The notes under the pieces were generated by a model. The model ran no database searches. It had not been told where the DNA came from and worked only from the letters and a program-made list of their open reading frames with translations. A stretch of 63,403 nucleotides of DNA, counting the filler, from Octopus bimaculoides (lineage: Eukaryota): the NCBI RefSeq assembly GCF_001194135.2. It is 4 parts of 4 records of this genome, joined end to end, with 100 filler letters (N's around TTAATTAATTAA, not from the genome) between each part and the next. Parts side by side here need not be neighbours in the genome. Positions count along the whole stretch, not along the records: positions 1 to 27,857 come from NC_068986.1; 3 more parts are not named here. One strand, 5' to 3'. Position numbers and translations under genes: made by a program. Below are positions 12,325 through 23,967 of the stretch, piece by piece. How positions within the stretch are numbered: position 1 is the stretch's first letter; every line of letters starts with the position of its first letter.

Positions 12325-14271
12325 TATTGTCGTCGTTGTTGTTGTTGTTATTGATATTAGTTCGCACTCTCCTATGAAGTACCATATTTATTACATCCTG
12401 TTGGTTACATTTGAAGTCCTTTCTATGTTCTATCGATCTCGTCAGATCCTCCTTTGTACACTTTTTGTTTGTTTGTTTCTTCTGCAGACTCTGGGGTTGG
12501 GGTTCTTTGGTCTTTATGGAATGGTAACATTTAAATACTGAAAGGGCGGGTAATAAAAGGAAAAATAATGAAAATTAAGCCGGAAATGATGGCGAGATTG
12601 AAGATGGTGACGATGGTGGTGTAGGTGGTGGTGAAGGTAGTGGTGGAAATAATGGAGAGGTGGCGGAGGTGATGGTTGTTGTTGTAGTTGTGGCGGTGGT
12701 TGTGATGGTAGTAGTGGTTTTGATGGTGGTGCTGATGGTGGTGATTGCGATGGCATTGTCATTGTTGTTTGTGATGATGACGGTGATGAAGATGATGATG
12801 GTGATGACGATGATGATGGTGATGATGATGATGATGATGGTGGTGGTAATGGTGATGATAATGATGTTGATGTTGATGACGATGATGATGATGCTGATGA
12901 TGATGGTGATGGTGAGGATGATGGTGATGATGATGGTCAAGTTGATGATGGTGATGACGATGATGATGGTGATGATGATGACGATGATGATGATGATGAC
13001 GACGACGATGATGATGATAATGATGTTGATGTTGATGACGATGATGATGATGATGATGGTGATGGTGATGGTGGTGATGATGATGATGATGATGATGATG
13101 ATGGTGATGATAATGATCAAGTTGATGATGGTGATGACGATGATGATGATGATGACGACGACGATGATGATGATAATGATGTTGATGTTGATNNNNNNNN
13201 NNNNNNNNNNNNNNNNNNNNNNNNNNNNNNNNNNNNNNNNNNNNNNNNNNNNNNNNNNNNNNNNNNNNNNNNNNNNNNNNNNNNNNNNNNNNNNNNNNNN
13301 NNNNNNNNNNNNNNNNNNNNNNNNNNNNNNNNNNNNNNNNNNNNNNNNNNNNNNNNNNNNNNNNNNNNNNNNNNNNNNNNNNNNNNNNNNNNNNNNNNNN
13401 NNNNNNNNNNNNNNNNNNNNNNNNNNNNNNNNNNNNNNNNNNNNNNNNNNNNNNNNNNNNNNNNNNNNNNNNNNNNNNNNNNNNNNNNNNNNNNNNNNNN
13501 NNNNNNNNNNNNNNNNNNNNNNNNNNNNNNNNNNNNNNNNNNNNNNNNNNNNNNNNNNNNNNNNNNNNNNNNNNNNNNNNNNNNNNNNNNNNNNNNNNNN
13601 NNNNNNNNNNNNNNNNNNNNNNNNNNNNNNNNNNNNNNNNNNNNNNNNNNNNNNNNNNNNNNNNNNNNNNNNNNNNNNNNNNNNNNNNNNNNNNNNNNNN
13701 NNNNNNNNNNNNNNNNNNNNNNNNNNNNNNNNNNNNNNNNNNNNNNNNNNNNNNNNNNNNNNNNNNNNNNNNNNNNNNNNNNNNNNNNNNNNNNNNNNNN
13801 NNNNNNNNNNNNNNNNNNNNNNNNNNNNNNNNNNNNNNNNNNNNNNNNNNNNNNNNNNNNNNNNNNNNNNNNNNNNNNNNNNNNNNNNNNNNNNNNNNNN
13901 NNNNNNNNNNNNNNNNNNNNNNNNNNNNNNNNNNNNNNNNNNNNNNNNNNNNNNNNNNNNNNNNNNNNNNNNNNNNNNNNNNNNNNNNNNNNNNNNNNNN
14001 NAGTGTTAATTACTCTAATAATGGTAGAATTTTGCTGAAGATGATGATGTTGATGATGACGATGTGGACATATGAATCGAGGTTTTTTTTTTCTGCAGCA
14101 GTGGGTGGTGGGGTGATGGGGGTCGTTCTGATGGTGGTGGTGGTGATGGTGATTGTTATAAGGTCTGTGACGGTGCTAATGAACACAATGGCTATTGATG
14201 GCGACGCTGCTGCTGCTGCTGCTGTTGCTCATATTAATGTTGGTGATGATGATGATGATGATGATAATGAC

Positions 14272-14305
<34 letters not shown>

Positions 14306-14352
14306 TTGATGATGGCAACGACAACGATGACGATGATGGCGATGATGATGAA

Positions 14353-14418
<66 letters not shown>

Positions 14419-14570
14419 CGTGAAAGTGATATTATTATTATTATCATTATTGCTATTGTTGTTGTTGTTGTTATTACTGATGATGATCGTGATGACGATG
14501 GTGATATTGATGATGATGGCGACGCCGACAAGGGCAATAATGGCAATGTCAGAAATGACAGTGAAGAGAC

Positions 14571-14602
<32 letters not shown>

Positions 14603-14880
14603 CGATGATGACGATGACGATGATGACGATGATGATGAGGAAGATGGTAATTATGAAGGTGATGCTGCTGCTGATAATGAAAGCAGCGGTGATAATGATA
14701 AAGTTGACTACGACGACAGCGACAATTATGATGACGAAGATGGTGGCAATATTATTATTGATGATGATGATGATGATGGTGATGATGATGGTGAATACGA
14801 TGATGACTGAGAGGATTATAGTCGCGCTTGTGGTGGTGATAATGAGGACAACATCGATGACAACAATAGCAATTATGAGC
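12235..14880. repeat. (TAT)n, (GGT)n and long (GAT/GAC)n microsatellite block with N gap
   Basis: Directly visible; source of the poly-M/D/I ORFs. Confidence 0.95.
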
Positions 14881-15132
14881 ATGGTAATTGATCAGAAAAC
14901 ATTATTTCTCATTAAGGCCACGTTGACAGGAAGCAAACATAACAAAGCAAGGCAATGCAATATCACTATTAACAAGAACTAACCNNNNNNNNNNNNNNNN
15001 NNNNNNNNNNNNNNNNNNNNNNNNNNNNNNNNNNNNNNNNNNNNNNNNNNNNNNNNNNNNNNNNNNNNNNNNNNNNNNNNNNNNNNNNNNNNNNNNNNNN
15101 NNNNNNNNNNNNNNNNNNNNNNNNNNNNNNNN

Positions 15133-15190
<58 letters not shown>

Positions 15191-15191
<1 letters not shown>

Positions 15192-15369
15192 TGGTTTCTT
15201 AAACATTCACTTGAACAAAACTGTACAAATCCAAATATATGGTACCCTAGGCATAACACCTACATGAACTTCTAACTTGTTGTCTCTTGAGGTCTCTGGG
15301 TGAGACTTGGATCCAACTTGTACAAATGCAAAACAAAAGTCAAACATAAAATAATAATAATAATAATAA
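15191..15369 (+). mobile_element. Dong/R4 3'UTR fragment inserted in (TAA)n
   Basis: Aligns with the 3'UTR following the RLE ORF at 35416-35590 (minus) and is near-identical to 27958-28030; TAA runs on both sides. Confidence 0.85.
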
Positions 15370-15836
15370 GGATGATGATGATAATGATGATGATGATGAT
15401 GATAATGATAATGATGATGATGATGGTGATGACGATGACGACGACGATGACCATGACGATGACCATGACATCTGTGATGATGATGATGGTAATGATAATG
15501 ATGAAGGCGACATTGATGATGGTGATGAAGAGGAGGTAGTTGACGACGACGACGAGAACGAGGAGGATGAGGATGATGACGACGGCGATGACGATGAGAG
15601 CAATGAAGATGACCATGATTAAAAATTTATGATGTTGGCTGAAACAAGGCTACATATTTGAAGACAGGCGTGTAGTCAATGTAATCGTTCCAAACGATCG
15701 TCCTTAGCAGCGATTGAAACTGAAAAAAAAAAATGTAAATTATATAAAAATAAGCAGAGTACAAACAACACAATAATATTTTTAAACCCGGCACATACCA
15801 GTTTGTGCAATCTAAGTAAAACCGATAACGATAATG

Positions 15837-16046
15837 TTTTCAAAATCTGGCACCAAGCCAGCAGTTTCGAGTAAGGGATTTAAGTCGATTACATCAACCC
15901 CAGTTCTCAACAAGTATGTATTTTATCAACCCTGAGAGGATGAAACGCAGAGTCGACCTTGGCGGAATTTGAACTCAGAACGTTTAAAAGGACGAAATGC
16001 AGCTAAGCATTCTGCCCGGCGTGCTTACGATTCTGTTAACTTGCTG
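15837..16046 (-). mobile_element. SINE family A
   Basis: GGCGGAATTTGAACTCAGAACG and GCTAAGCATT..CCCGGCGTGC, the reverse complement of the family head. Confidence 0.85.
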
Positions 16047-16094
16047 AGGTAGTGGCTTTCATGGCGTCTGATATAAACTGATTCGAAGTGTTAT

Positions 16095-16577
16095 CAATGC
16101 CCTGCTGCAGTGCCAGGCAGTGGCTCTCAGATTTCCATCTTAACTGATTGGAAGTTATCATATACATGTTTTGTTTTGGTATAAAAGATGGGCTACGGTA
16201 AATGTTTTGTTCAATACGACAGATTTGCTTGTCAGTTATTTGACCATAACCAGTTGAGCATGTCTCTTGGTAGCTGACGATATGTGAATCTCTGATCATG
16301 AACAGAAGAAGTGGGGGAGCATCATAGCCATGTGCTGAAAAGAATTCTTTGGGATTTGAATAATTTACCTCTGGAAAAATGGGTGTTTCGTTCATCATCT
16401 CAAAACAGACCTTATTCAGGGACCTTTTGAGCGAGATGGTCTACTCGACGTGAGGAAAATTCTAACTGGGCCCTACCTGCAAGGTCATGCGCTGTTTATC
16501 TTGATATGAGATCACCATGCATGTGCCTGGTGACTCTTATCAGGCGTGTAGTCATGATGAGTATATTGGACTTCACT
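16095..16577 (+). mobile_element. Non-coding interspersed repeat, family F (5' and middle part)
   Basis: Its 3' part aligns with 803-855; no credible ORF homology. Confidence 0.6.
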
Positions 16578-16861
16578 AGTTGAGTGGTGCTTTATGAAAA
16601 TGATAAGAAATGCCCCGATTTCACCTTTCGGAAAGGCATAACTGAACACGAGAGAAGTTTTACTACTGTACATTAATATTTTACGGTGAAAATTTATCGC
16701 ACAGAACATAATTACGACAATATATGCGTATAAAATTTTGAGGGAAAATAACGCGGATCTACTTGTATCTCTGGACTCTAACTGATAAGGCTCAGAGTAA
16801 GGCATGGATATCCTCCTCCTCCTCCTCCTCCTNNNNNNNNNNNNNNNCCTCCTCCTCATCG

Positions 16862-16905
<44 letters not shown>

Positions 16906-17490
16906 TTCATCTTCATCTTCATTATCCCGTGGATATTACTGTCTTGAGTCTTAGAAGTCATAAAATAGAAAGCAATGTCGCACCAATAACAAGAGAAGTA
17001 GGAGAGTTTTAAGGAGGAGAAGTATTGGCAACGAAGGAATAAATTCGAACAAGATTGCTCAGAACAACAAAGACTGAAATTTGAACACTCGTAAGAGGTC
17101 ATAAATATAGAAGAAACTGGAGGAGTGCAAAAGACAAACAACCAGAAGGCATCTGGACAAAACTTCTGTTTCAAGTATTTAATAGAGACACAATGTTGCT
17201 AATAGAGAAATTTAATGAGAGATTGAAAGAGGCCGGCGACAGCATTTGAGTTGTTAACGAAGGAAAATAAAAAACCGTCTTAATGCTTAAGGCTAAGTAA
17301 ACGGTGAAGCTTAAGACTACCGATTCCATAAACTGCCTCTCTATAATCTGCCATGTCATATAACTGCAACAACATCGCATAGGAGATAAGCTGTAAAAAG
17401 TGGGTGTGATTGTAAATATCAATTATCAGTCAATGAAACCATAACCGAAGAATCCAGAAGGAGAAATAAGGGTCAGAGTATGGCATGGAT

Positions 17491-17545
<55 letters not shown>

Positions 17546-17601
17546 CCATCGTCATCATCACCATCATCATCGTCATCATCACCATCATCATCGTCATCAT
17601 C

Positions 17602-17862
17602 ATCCCGTGGATATTACTGTCTTGAGTCTTAGGAGTCATAGGAGCCGTTACCAGGTTTCCATGGCGCATAGGCGACCAAGATCACAGCATTTCCCGTGAA
17701 AAGAACACCAGTCCGCTGCAGGTTTATGGATTTACAGTTGAGTGAAATGAAGCAACGTAAAATAAAGCGTTTTGCTAAAGAATACAACGCACCTCTCGAC
17801 TCAGGAATCGAAACCACTATCTTGCGATTGTGAGTGCAACATTCTAACCACTCGACCACGCA
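17602..17862 (-). mobile_element. tRNA-derived SINE with (ATG)n tail
   Basis: Minus-strand head TGCGTGGTCGAGTGGTTAGAATGTTGCACTCAC..GGTTTCGATTCC, CORE-like TTAGCAAAACGCTTTATTTTACGTTGC, followed by a GAT repeat. Confidence 0.75.
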
Positions 17863-18204
17863 TTGATAGAATATCGGAAAATTTTCGACAGTATTTCCTA
17901 TAGATAGACCCAGGAAAAACTAATCTTGGCTAACATAGCACCAGTAATAAGCCGCCAACTTGAAATCACAATGCATTCTTCACCTCCCCAAAGCATTACT
18001 CTTCCAGCGATATCAGCCAACATTAATGCTAGCACGGAATGTTCGGTTTCTTTTGGCTAACACTGTAGCCTGTTTTTCCTTCAATGTGGCTTTCAGCTAT
18101 ACACCAAACCTTGTGCAGTTTTGCGATCAGCTTTGATCTTTTATTTCATATGAGCCTGTCATATCCATGATAAAGCGTTTCCTGTTTTTCTCTTCTGTTT
18201 GCGA

Positions 18205-18278
18205 TTATATTATATTACATTATATTATATATTACATATTATATTATGTTATATTATATATTATATTATATTATATAA
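18205..18278. repeat. (ATATT)n pentanucleotide repeat
   Basis: Directly visible. Confidence 0.85.
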
Positions 18279-18732
18279 TATTTGTATGCAGTTTTGCGAA
18301 ACAAAAATAAAGAGTACTCTACACGTTAAGTAGATTAAATATTTAATATTATAGTTAAAGTGGATTACTTTTCTGCTGGAACGAACAGCAATTTTCTGAT
18401 TGTATTAATATATAAACTTTAAACAAAGGAAACTTTGAAATGATGACGGTTTTCACGCTAGTGTTCAATAGCACGAGTCGACGGGCTGCAAACTTCTGAT
18501 TTGCGTCGTTTACGACCAGAGAGAAACTTCAAGCAAAGAACTAAACTAAATTCTATAAAAAATATCTCTTTAGCGCCATTCCTCTTTGGTATATTCCACA
18601 CATCTAATTGAAAATAAATGTCTGTATACAAGGACGAGTAACATAGTACTAACATGTTAGCGTAAATCTAGATGGTATGTTACCACATTCTCAGCGGTAA
18701 ACAGCTTTTTGTTTACTATGATTTCCATCTCT

Positions 18733-19149
18733 CATTTCTTTACTGCCCACAAGGGGCTACACACAGAGGGGACAAACAAGAACAGACAAACGGATTAAGT
18801 CGATTATATCGACCCCAGTGCGTAACTGGTACTTATTTAATCGACCCCGAAAGGATGATAGGCAAAGTCGACCTCGGTGGAATTTGAACTCAGAACGTAG
18901 TGGCAGACGAAATACCTATTTCGTTATTGCCCACAAGGGGCTAAACATAGAGGGAACAAACAAGAGCAGACAAACGTATTAAGTCGATTACATCGACCCC
19001 AGTGCGTAACTGGTACTTATTTAATCGACCCCGAAAGGATGAAAGGCAAAGTCGACCTCGGCGGAATTTGAACTCAGACCGTAGTGGCAGACGAAATACC
19101 GCTAAGCATTTCGCCCGGCGTGCTAACGATTCTGCCAGCTCACCGCCTT
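18733..19149 (-). mobile_element. Dimeric SINE family A (one head, two bodies) with 16-bp TSD
   Basis: Two near-identical units of about 185 bp; TATGATTTCCATCTCT at 18717-18732 and 19150-19165. Confidence 0.9.
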
Positions 19150-19221
19150 TATGATTTCCATCTCTATTGTTGCCTTAACTCAAATGTCAAGATAAGTTCT
19201 ATTACAAAGCACATCAGTAAA

Positions 19222-19490
19222 GGTGCGTAACCTAGTGGTTAAACTGTTGCACTCACGATCGCAAGATCGTGGTTTCAATTCTCAGACTGCGTAGTGCGGT
19301 GTTTTCTTGAGAAAAACACTTCGTTTTACGTTGATCTGCGATCACTTTGACATCTGACGTGTGGCAGGTCGTGCACTTGCTAAGCAACACCGATTTGATG
19401 GAAGGGGTGAGGTAATGTACAGAACAAACGTTTGATCATTATGAACAAATCATCACCTGCTAGCAAGTATCGCAGAACCTTCATCCATCG
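19222..19490 (+). mobile_element. tRNA-derived SINE, family G
   Basis: Head GGTGCGTAACCTAGTGGTTAAACTGTTGCACTCACGATCGCAAGATCGTGGTTTCAATTC; related to 33655-33875 (minus). Confidence 0.8.
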
Positions 19491-19573
19491 AATTGTTGAG
19501 TTACCTCCCATTAGATTCTAGTTCCTTTAATTTTCCGAGAGCAAGTAAAGTATCAGTAATATACAGGTTAGAA

Positions 19574-19975
19574 GGCGGCATGTTGGCAGAACCGTTAGTG
19601 CACCGGTCATTTCGCCTGTCTTTACGTTCTGAGTTCAAATTCCATCAAAGTCGACTTTGCCTTTCATCCTTTCGGGGTTGATAAAATAAGTACCAGTCGA
19701 ATACTGGGGGCCGATGTAATCGACTTACCCCCACTCCCGAAACTGCTGGCCTTGTGCCTGAATTTGAAACCAATATTTCAATCAGAAGTGCAATATTTTC
19801 TGCTTTGTATTATTTAATTACATACATTTATGTTCTGAGTTCAAACTATACCGAGCTCAACTTTACCTTCCTTTATCAGGGGGCGATGAAATAAGTATGA
19901 GTCATTTATGTAGGTTGATTTAATCGACAATATCCACCCTCCTGCAATTTAAACCTTGTGTCGTCATTGTAAAGA
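19574..19975 (+). mobile_element. Two SINE family A copies (19574-19776 complete; 19830-19975 degenerate)
   Basis: GTTCTGAGTTCAAA..GTCGACTTTGCCTTTCATCCTTTCGGGG body. Confidence 0.8.
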
Positions 19976-20557
19976 AACCTTATTAGATCAACCATAAAAT
20001 GGTGCACTAAATAAACTACATGTTTTTATGTCATCTCTTTCGATAGTGAACTAAACTTCGGTTGACGTTGATTTTTTTTTACCTGTTTTAGCTAATTAGA
20101 TTGAAAGTAATGAACAGCGCGTGATTCTATTAAATTATGTAAAAGCCAGAATAATACAATGATAACTAGCTGATGAGTTATCAACTTAAAAGCCATAGAA
20201 ATCAGGTTAGGATCAACTCCAGCTTGTTAACTTCCATGTCACCTACAAACACATCTCAGCCTCTACGCCGCATACATCCTGTTGTTCTTCTCTGCTGCCT
20301 TTTCTGTTGTACTACACAGACCTCTGTTCATGGCAGCTGGCTGGTTTTGCACCATGTTTATCCATACACTATCAATTAACCCCTGATCTTGTTATCAACC
20401 CATCCATACCTTACACTGACCACTATGATCTGTCCTCTGTTTCCAGAACGTTGGCTCCCTGGAAAAACTAGGAGGTACATTGGATAATGTAAATCTAAAT
20501 GCACAACGTTGGAACTAATCGATGGGATACTCATGGCTTGAATGTCTTTGCTTATAA

Positions 20558-20855
20558 CAGGTGTTCCCAACCTTATTTTGCTTGTGGACCCCTTGAGAGC
20601 TATCTTATCATCTGTGGACCCCATATATACACATGTAAATTATTGAAATAATTTATTTGTTTGTAGGTTAGTAAAAACTAACAATGAAACAATTTCGTTA
20701 TATTTATAACATAAATCCCGAATTCAAATCTTGAAAATTTCAATAAATAGAGGTACCTCTCCTAGTAAACAAAATTTATATTTGGACCCAAAAATTACAA
20801 TATTTTACTCGTGGACCCCCTAAAAGCTTCTGTGGACACCAGTTGGGAACCCCTG
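20558..20855. mobile_element. hAT-type MITE (298 bp)
   Basis: 14-bp TIRs CAGGTGTTCCCAAC / GTTGGGAACCCCTG (1 mismatch), a perfect 8-bp TSD GCTTATAA and repeated subterminal GTGGACCCC motifs. Confidence 0.9.
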
Positions 20856-23180
20856 GCTTATAAGTATGTTCAATAAGTCCGACAAAGAGCTAAACGACTA
20901 CAGCAGCAAACATATAGGGATAACGAAAGCAATAGAGAAATTGTAGCGTGTCCAGAATACCATACCATACTACATCACATGGAGTAGAACTGCGTATGAG
21001 ATGCATAGTATCATCCTGAACTTTGCAGAAGCATGATGAATATAGGACACAGGGTCATTGGATCGTGTTTTGTCATTTGGCCGATCAAGTATATATCATA
21101 CATTTTCCAGGCCAGGGCTGATAGGGACTGTGCAACAAACAATAATAATAATAACAGCTATCATTAAACTATCTTTTAATATTTTTTGTCACTTTTATTT
21201 TCTATCTTAGAACACAATATCTACGCAACACACAGCCCCTTATTTCAGGAGCCATAGAACTTTCTTCCGTATGCGTGTATTTTTGACAAGTAATTATCTC
21301 CGAAAACTTTCAGTCTTGTTTTTAATTACACCAAAATTTCACGTTCATCAAACTTCGCTTATCTGTCTCCTTCCTCCCCAACCATACAGTTGAATATATT
21401 TCTTCTCTTCCTTTGAATATAATGATAAAGGTGATGTTCAGTAAACTTAATTAAGAGCGATCCAAATGTTGGTGTAGATAATGAATATCGGAGTCATGTC
21501 TAGAAATACAATCGAAGTTTGCCTTTAACCGAATACCTGACAACTTTACCTCTCACAAATGGAATTAGGTAGGAACCGTAACAAATTTACCAAATTCTTC
21601 AAATTCTCTAGAGTATCAATGGGTCTGTTTCTAATCATCAATTTAGAAACTGTTCGTGCTGTTTTCTGCATTTAAGATATTAGTTTTGGCTATTGGAGTT
21701 GTAGCTTATTAAAAGTGATCAATTATTTGGTGACTTCTCAGATTTGGTTTGTGTGAGGGAGTTGATCATTTGTCTTAAGTTTGACATTGATAATCATCTA
21801 AATTATACAGAAACGTGTTTACATTGGAACAGTAATGTTGCCAGAGAAAGTAATTCATCAGAATAAATGCCTTACAATATACTAGTATTCTTTTTTCCCT
21901 TCAGCATTCAGAGATCAAATAGAAGTAACAAGATTTAACATCGTTTCAGTTTGAATAAAAGCTGGACATATCCATCCTCTACAAAATTAACTTTGCGTTT
22001 AATGAATAATTCACTTACACACACACGCAAACACACACACGCACACACACGCACACACGCACACACACACACACACAAACTNNNNNNNNNNNNNNNNNNN
22101 NNNNNNNNNNNNNNNNNNNNNNNNNNNNNNNNNNNNNNNNNNNNNNNNNNNNNNNNNNNNNNNNNNNNNNNNNNNNNNNNNNNNNNNNNNNNNNNNNNNN
22201 NNNNNNNNNNNNNNNNNNNNNNNNNNNNNNNNNNNNNNNNNNNNNNNNNNNNNNNNNNNNNNNNNNNNNNNNNNNNNNNNNNNNNNNNNNNNNNNNNNNN
22301 NNNNNNNNNNNNNNNNNNNNNNNNNNNNNNNNNNNNNNNNNNNNNNNNNNNNNNNNNNNNNNNNNNNNNNNNNNNNNNNNNNNNNNNNNNNNNNNNNNNN
22401 NNNNNNNNNNNNNNNNNNNNNNNNNNNNNNNNNNNNNNNNNNNNNNNNNNNNNNNNNNNNNNNNNNNNNNNNNNNNNNNNNNNNNNNNNNNNNNNNNNNN
22501 NNNNNNNNNNNNNNNTATATACATACATACATGCATACATACATGTATGGTGTGTACATGCATACATACATGTATATATGTCTTTATGTCTATTCTGCTA
22601 TTCTGCTATTCTGCTCACAGTATCCACTCAGTCATTTTTGTCTCCTCTTCTCTTTTTCCTTCTCATATTCGTTTCCTACTGTTGATTGTTATTTTCCTCC
22701 TGTCAAAGCAACAATTTTTTTGATTTTTACTGAAGTTCAAATAGCAAGATGTTCAAAGCAAACATTTAAATCAATAAAGTATTCAGAAAATTCATTGTTT
22801 AACCTCGAAATATCAAAGAAGTTTCCCCCTTTCGCTGCTTTAATCTTCAACTTCTAATAAAACTGTGTATAGAGCTAACTAATCGATAGATATTGAGAGC
22901 AATCAGTTTGTTTGCCATGTTATTGGTATTGCTTAGTGGAGTCTTGCTGGGGTGAAAAACTAATTAAAACATGTAAGCAACAGATGTAACTGAAATGGAA
23001 AAAAAAATTTGTTATTACTAAGGAATGAGAGAAAATTGTTATTATTGGATAGTGACTGGAAATGATCAAACTTCTACGATACAGTAGCGATTATTAACAA
23101 TAGCAACTGCCGCAGTTTCTCTGTAAACATTCATATTGACTACTGTACGATCAAAATGATAATGATAATAATAATGATAA

Positions 23181-23243
<63 letters not shown>

Positions 23244-23930
23244 CAAGAACAGCACAAACACAAACATAGAAACAAGACGGAATTTCTGTCCTTTTCATTA
23301 ATTCTGACGAATTAATTTGTTTTAATAAAAAGACAATATAGTGTTTTTGTATCTGTGGCCACAAAACATTTAGCAGGACAGAATATTGCTGTTGGCATAT
23401 GTCTGGTATTCGATAGCAGGAACTGGAAAAGTGATGAATGATCGAATCGATAGGGCATCGGTCTCTCACCTCAGCGAGAACCTGGTGAAGTGAAGTTCAT
23501 CGATCTACGCCTTGGCGTAAGTTGGTACCATGGGAAGCTTAAGTTTCCCACAAGGAGCATAATACAGCTATTTAGTGATGCATTAGCTGTTAGTGTCGGA
23601 GAAACATTTTAGTACACCTTGTCTTGAATTGTTTCTCTCAGAGTGTGTGATGGTGGCATATCGCTTTATTAATAGGTGTAATGAAGAGGGAAGTGAAGAA
23701 TTAGTAGTTAAAAGTGAATGATGACGATTACGACTGAGAAAAGATATATATAAGAATGGAATTTTTAAAGGCAATACAGGATTTAAAGAAAGACGAGAAA
23801 GAATAATTGGTGGTTTTCGTGCAATCTAGAAGTAAATAAATGACATAAAGAAAGTTGGTTCCAAACAAAAATAGACATGATATTTAGGACGGTTCCTAAG
23901 AAGCTTATTGCTTCCGTGTTTACTATATTT

Positions 23931-23967
23931 GGCTGAGGAGCCCAACGTAGGGCGAAACCACATGATC
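23931..23967 (+). ncRNA. Degenerate hammerhead ribozyme core
   Basis: CUGAGGA, stem II GCCC/GGGC, GAAA, then CC-ACAU-GAUC (one transition away from a perfect stem III with GUC). Stem I is poor. Confidence 0.4.

Noticed and set aside
16098-16170. HDV-like ribozyme at the start of family F
   Set aside because: A hairpin is possible, but I could not build P1, P1.1 and P2 in the required order.
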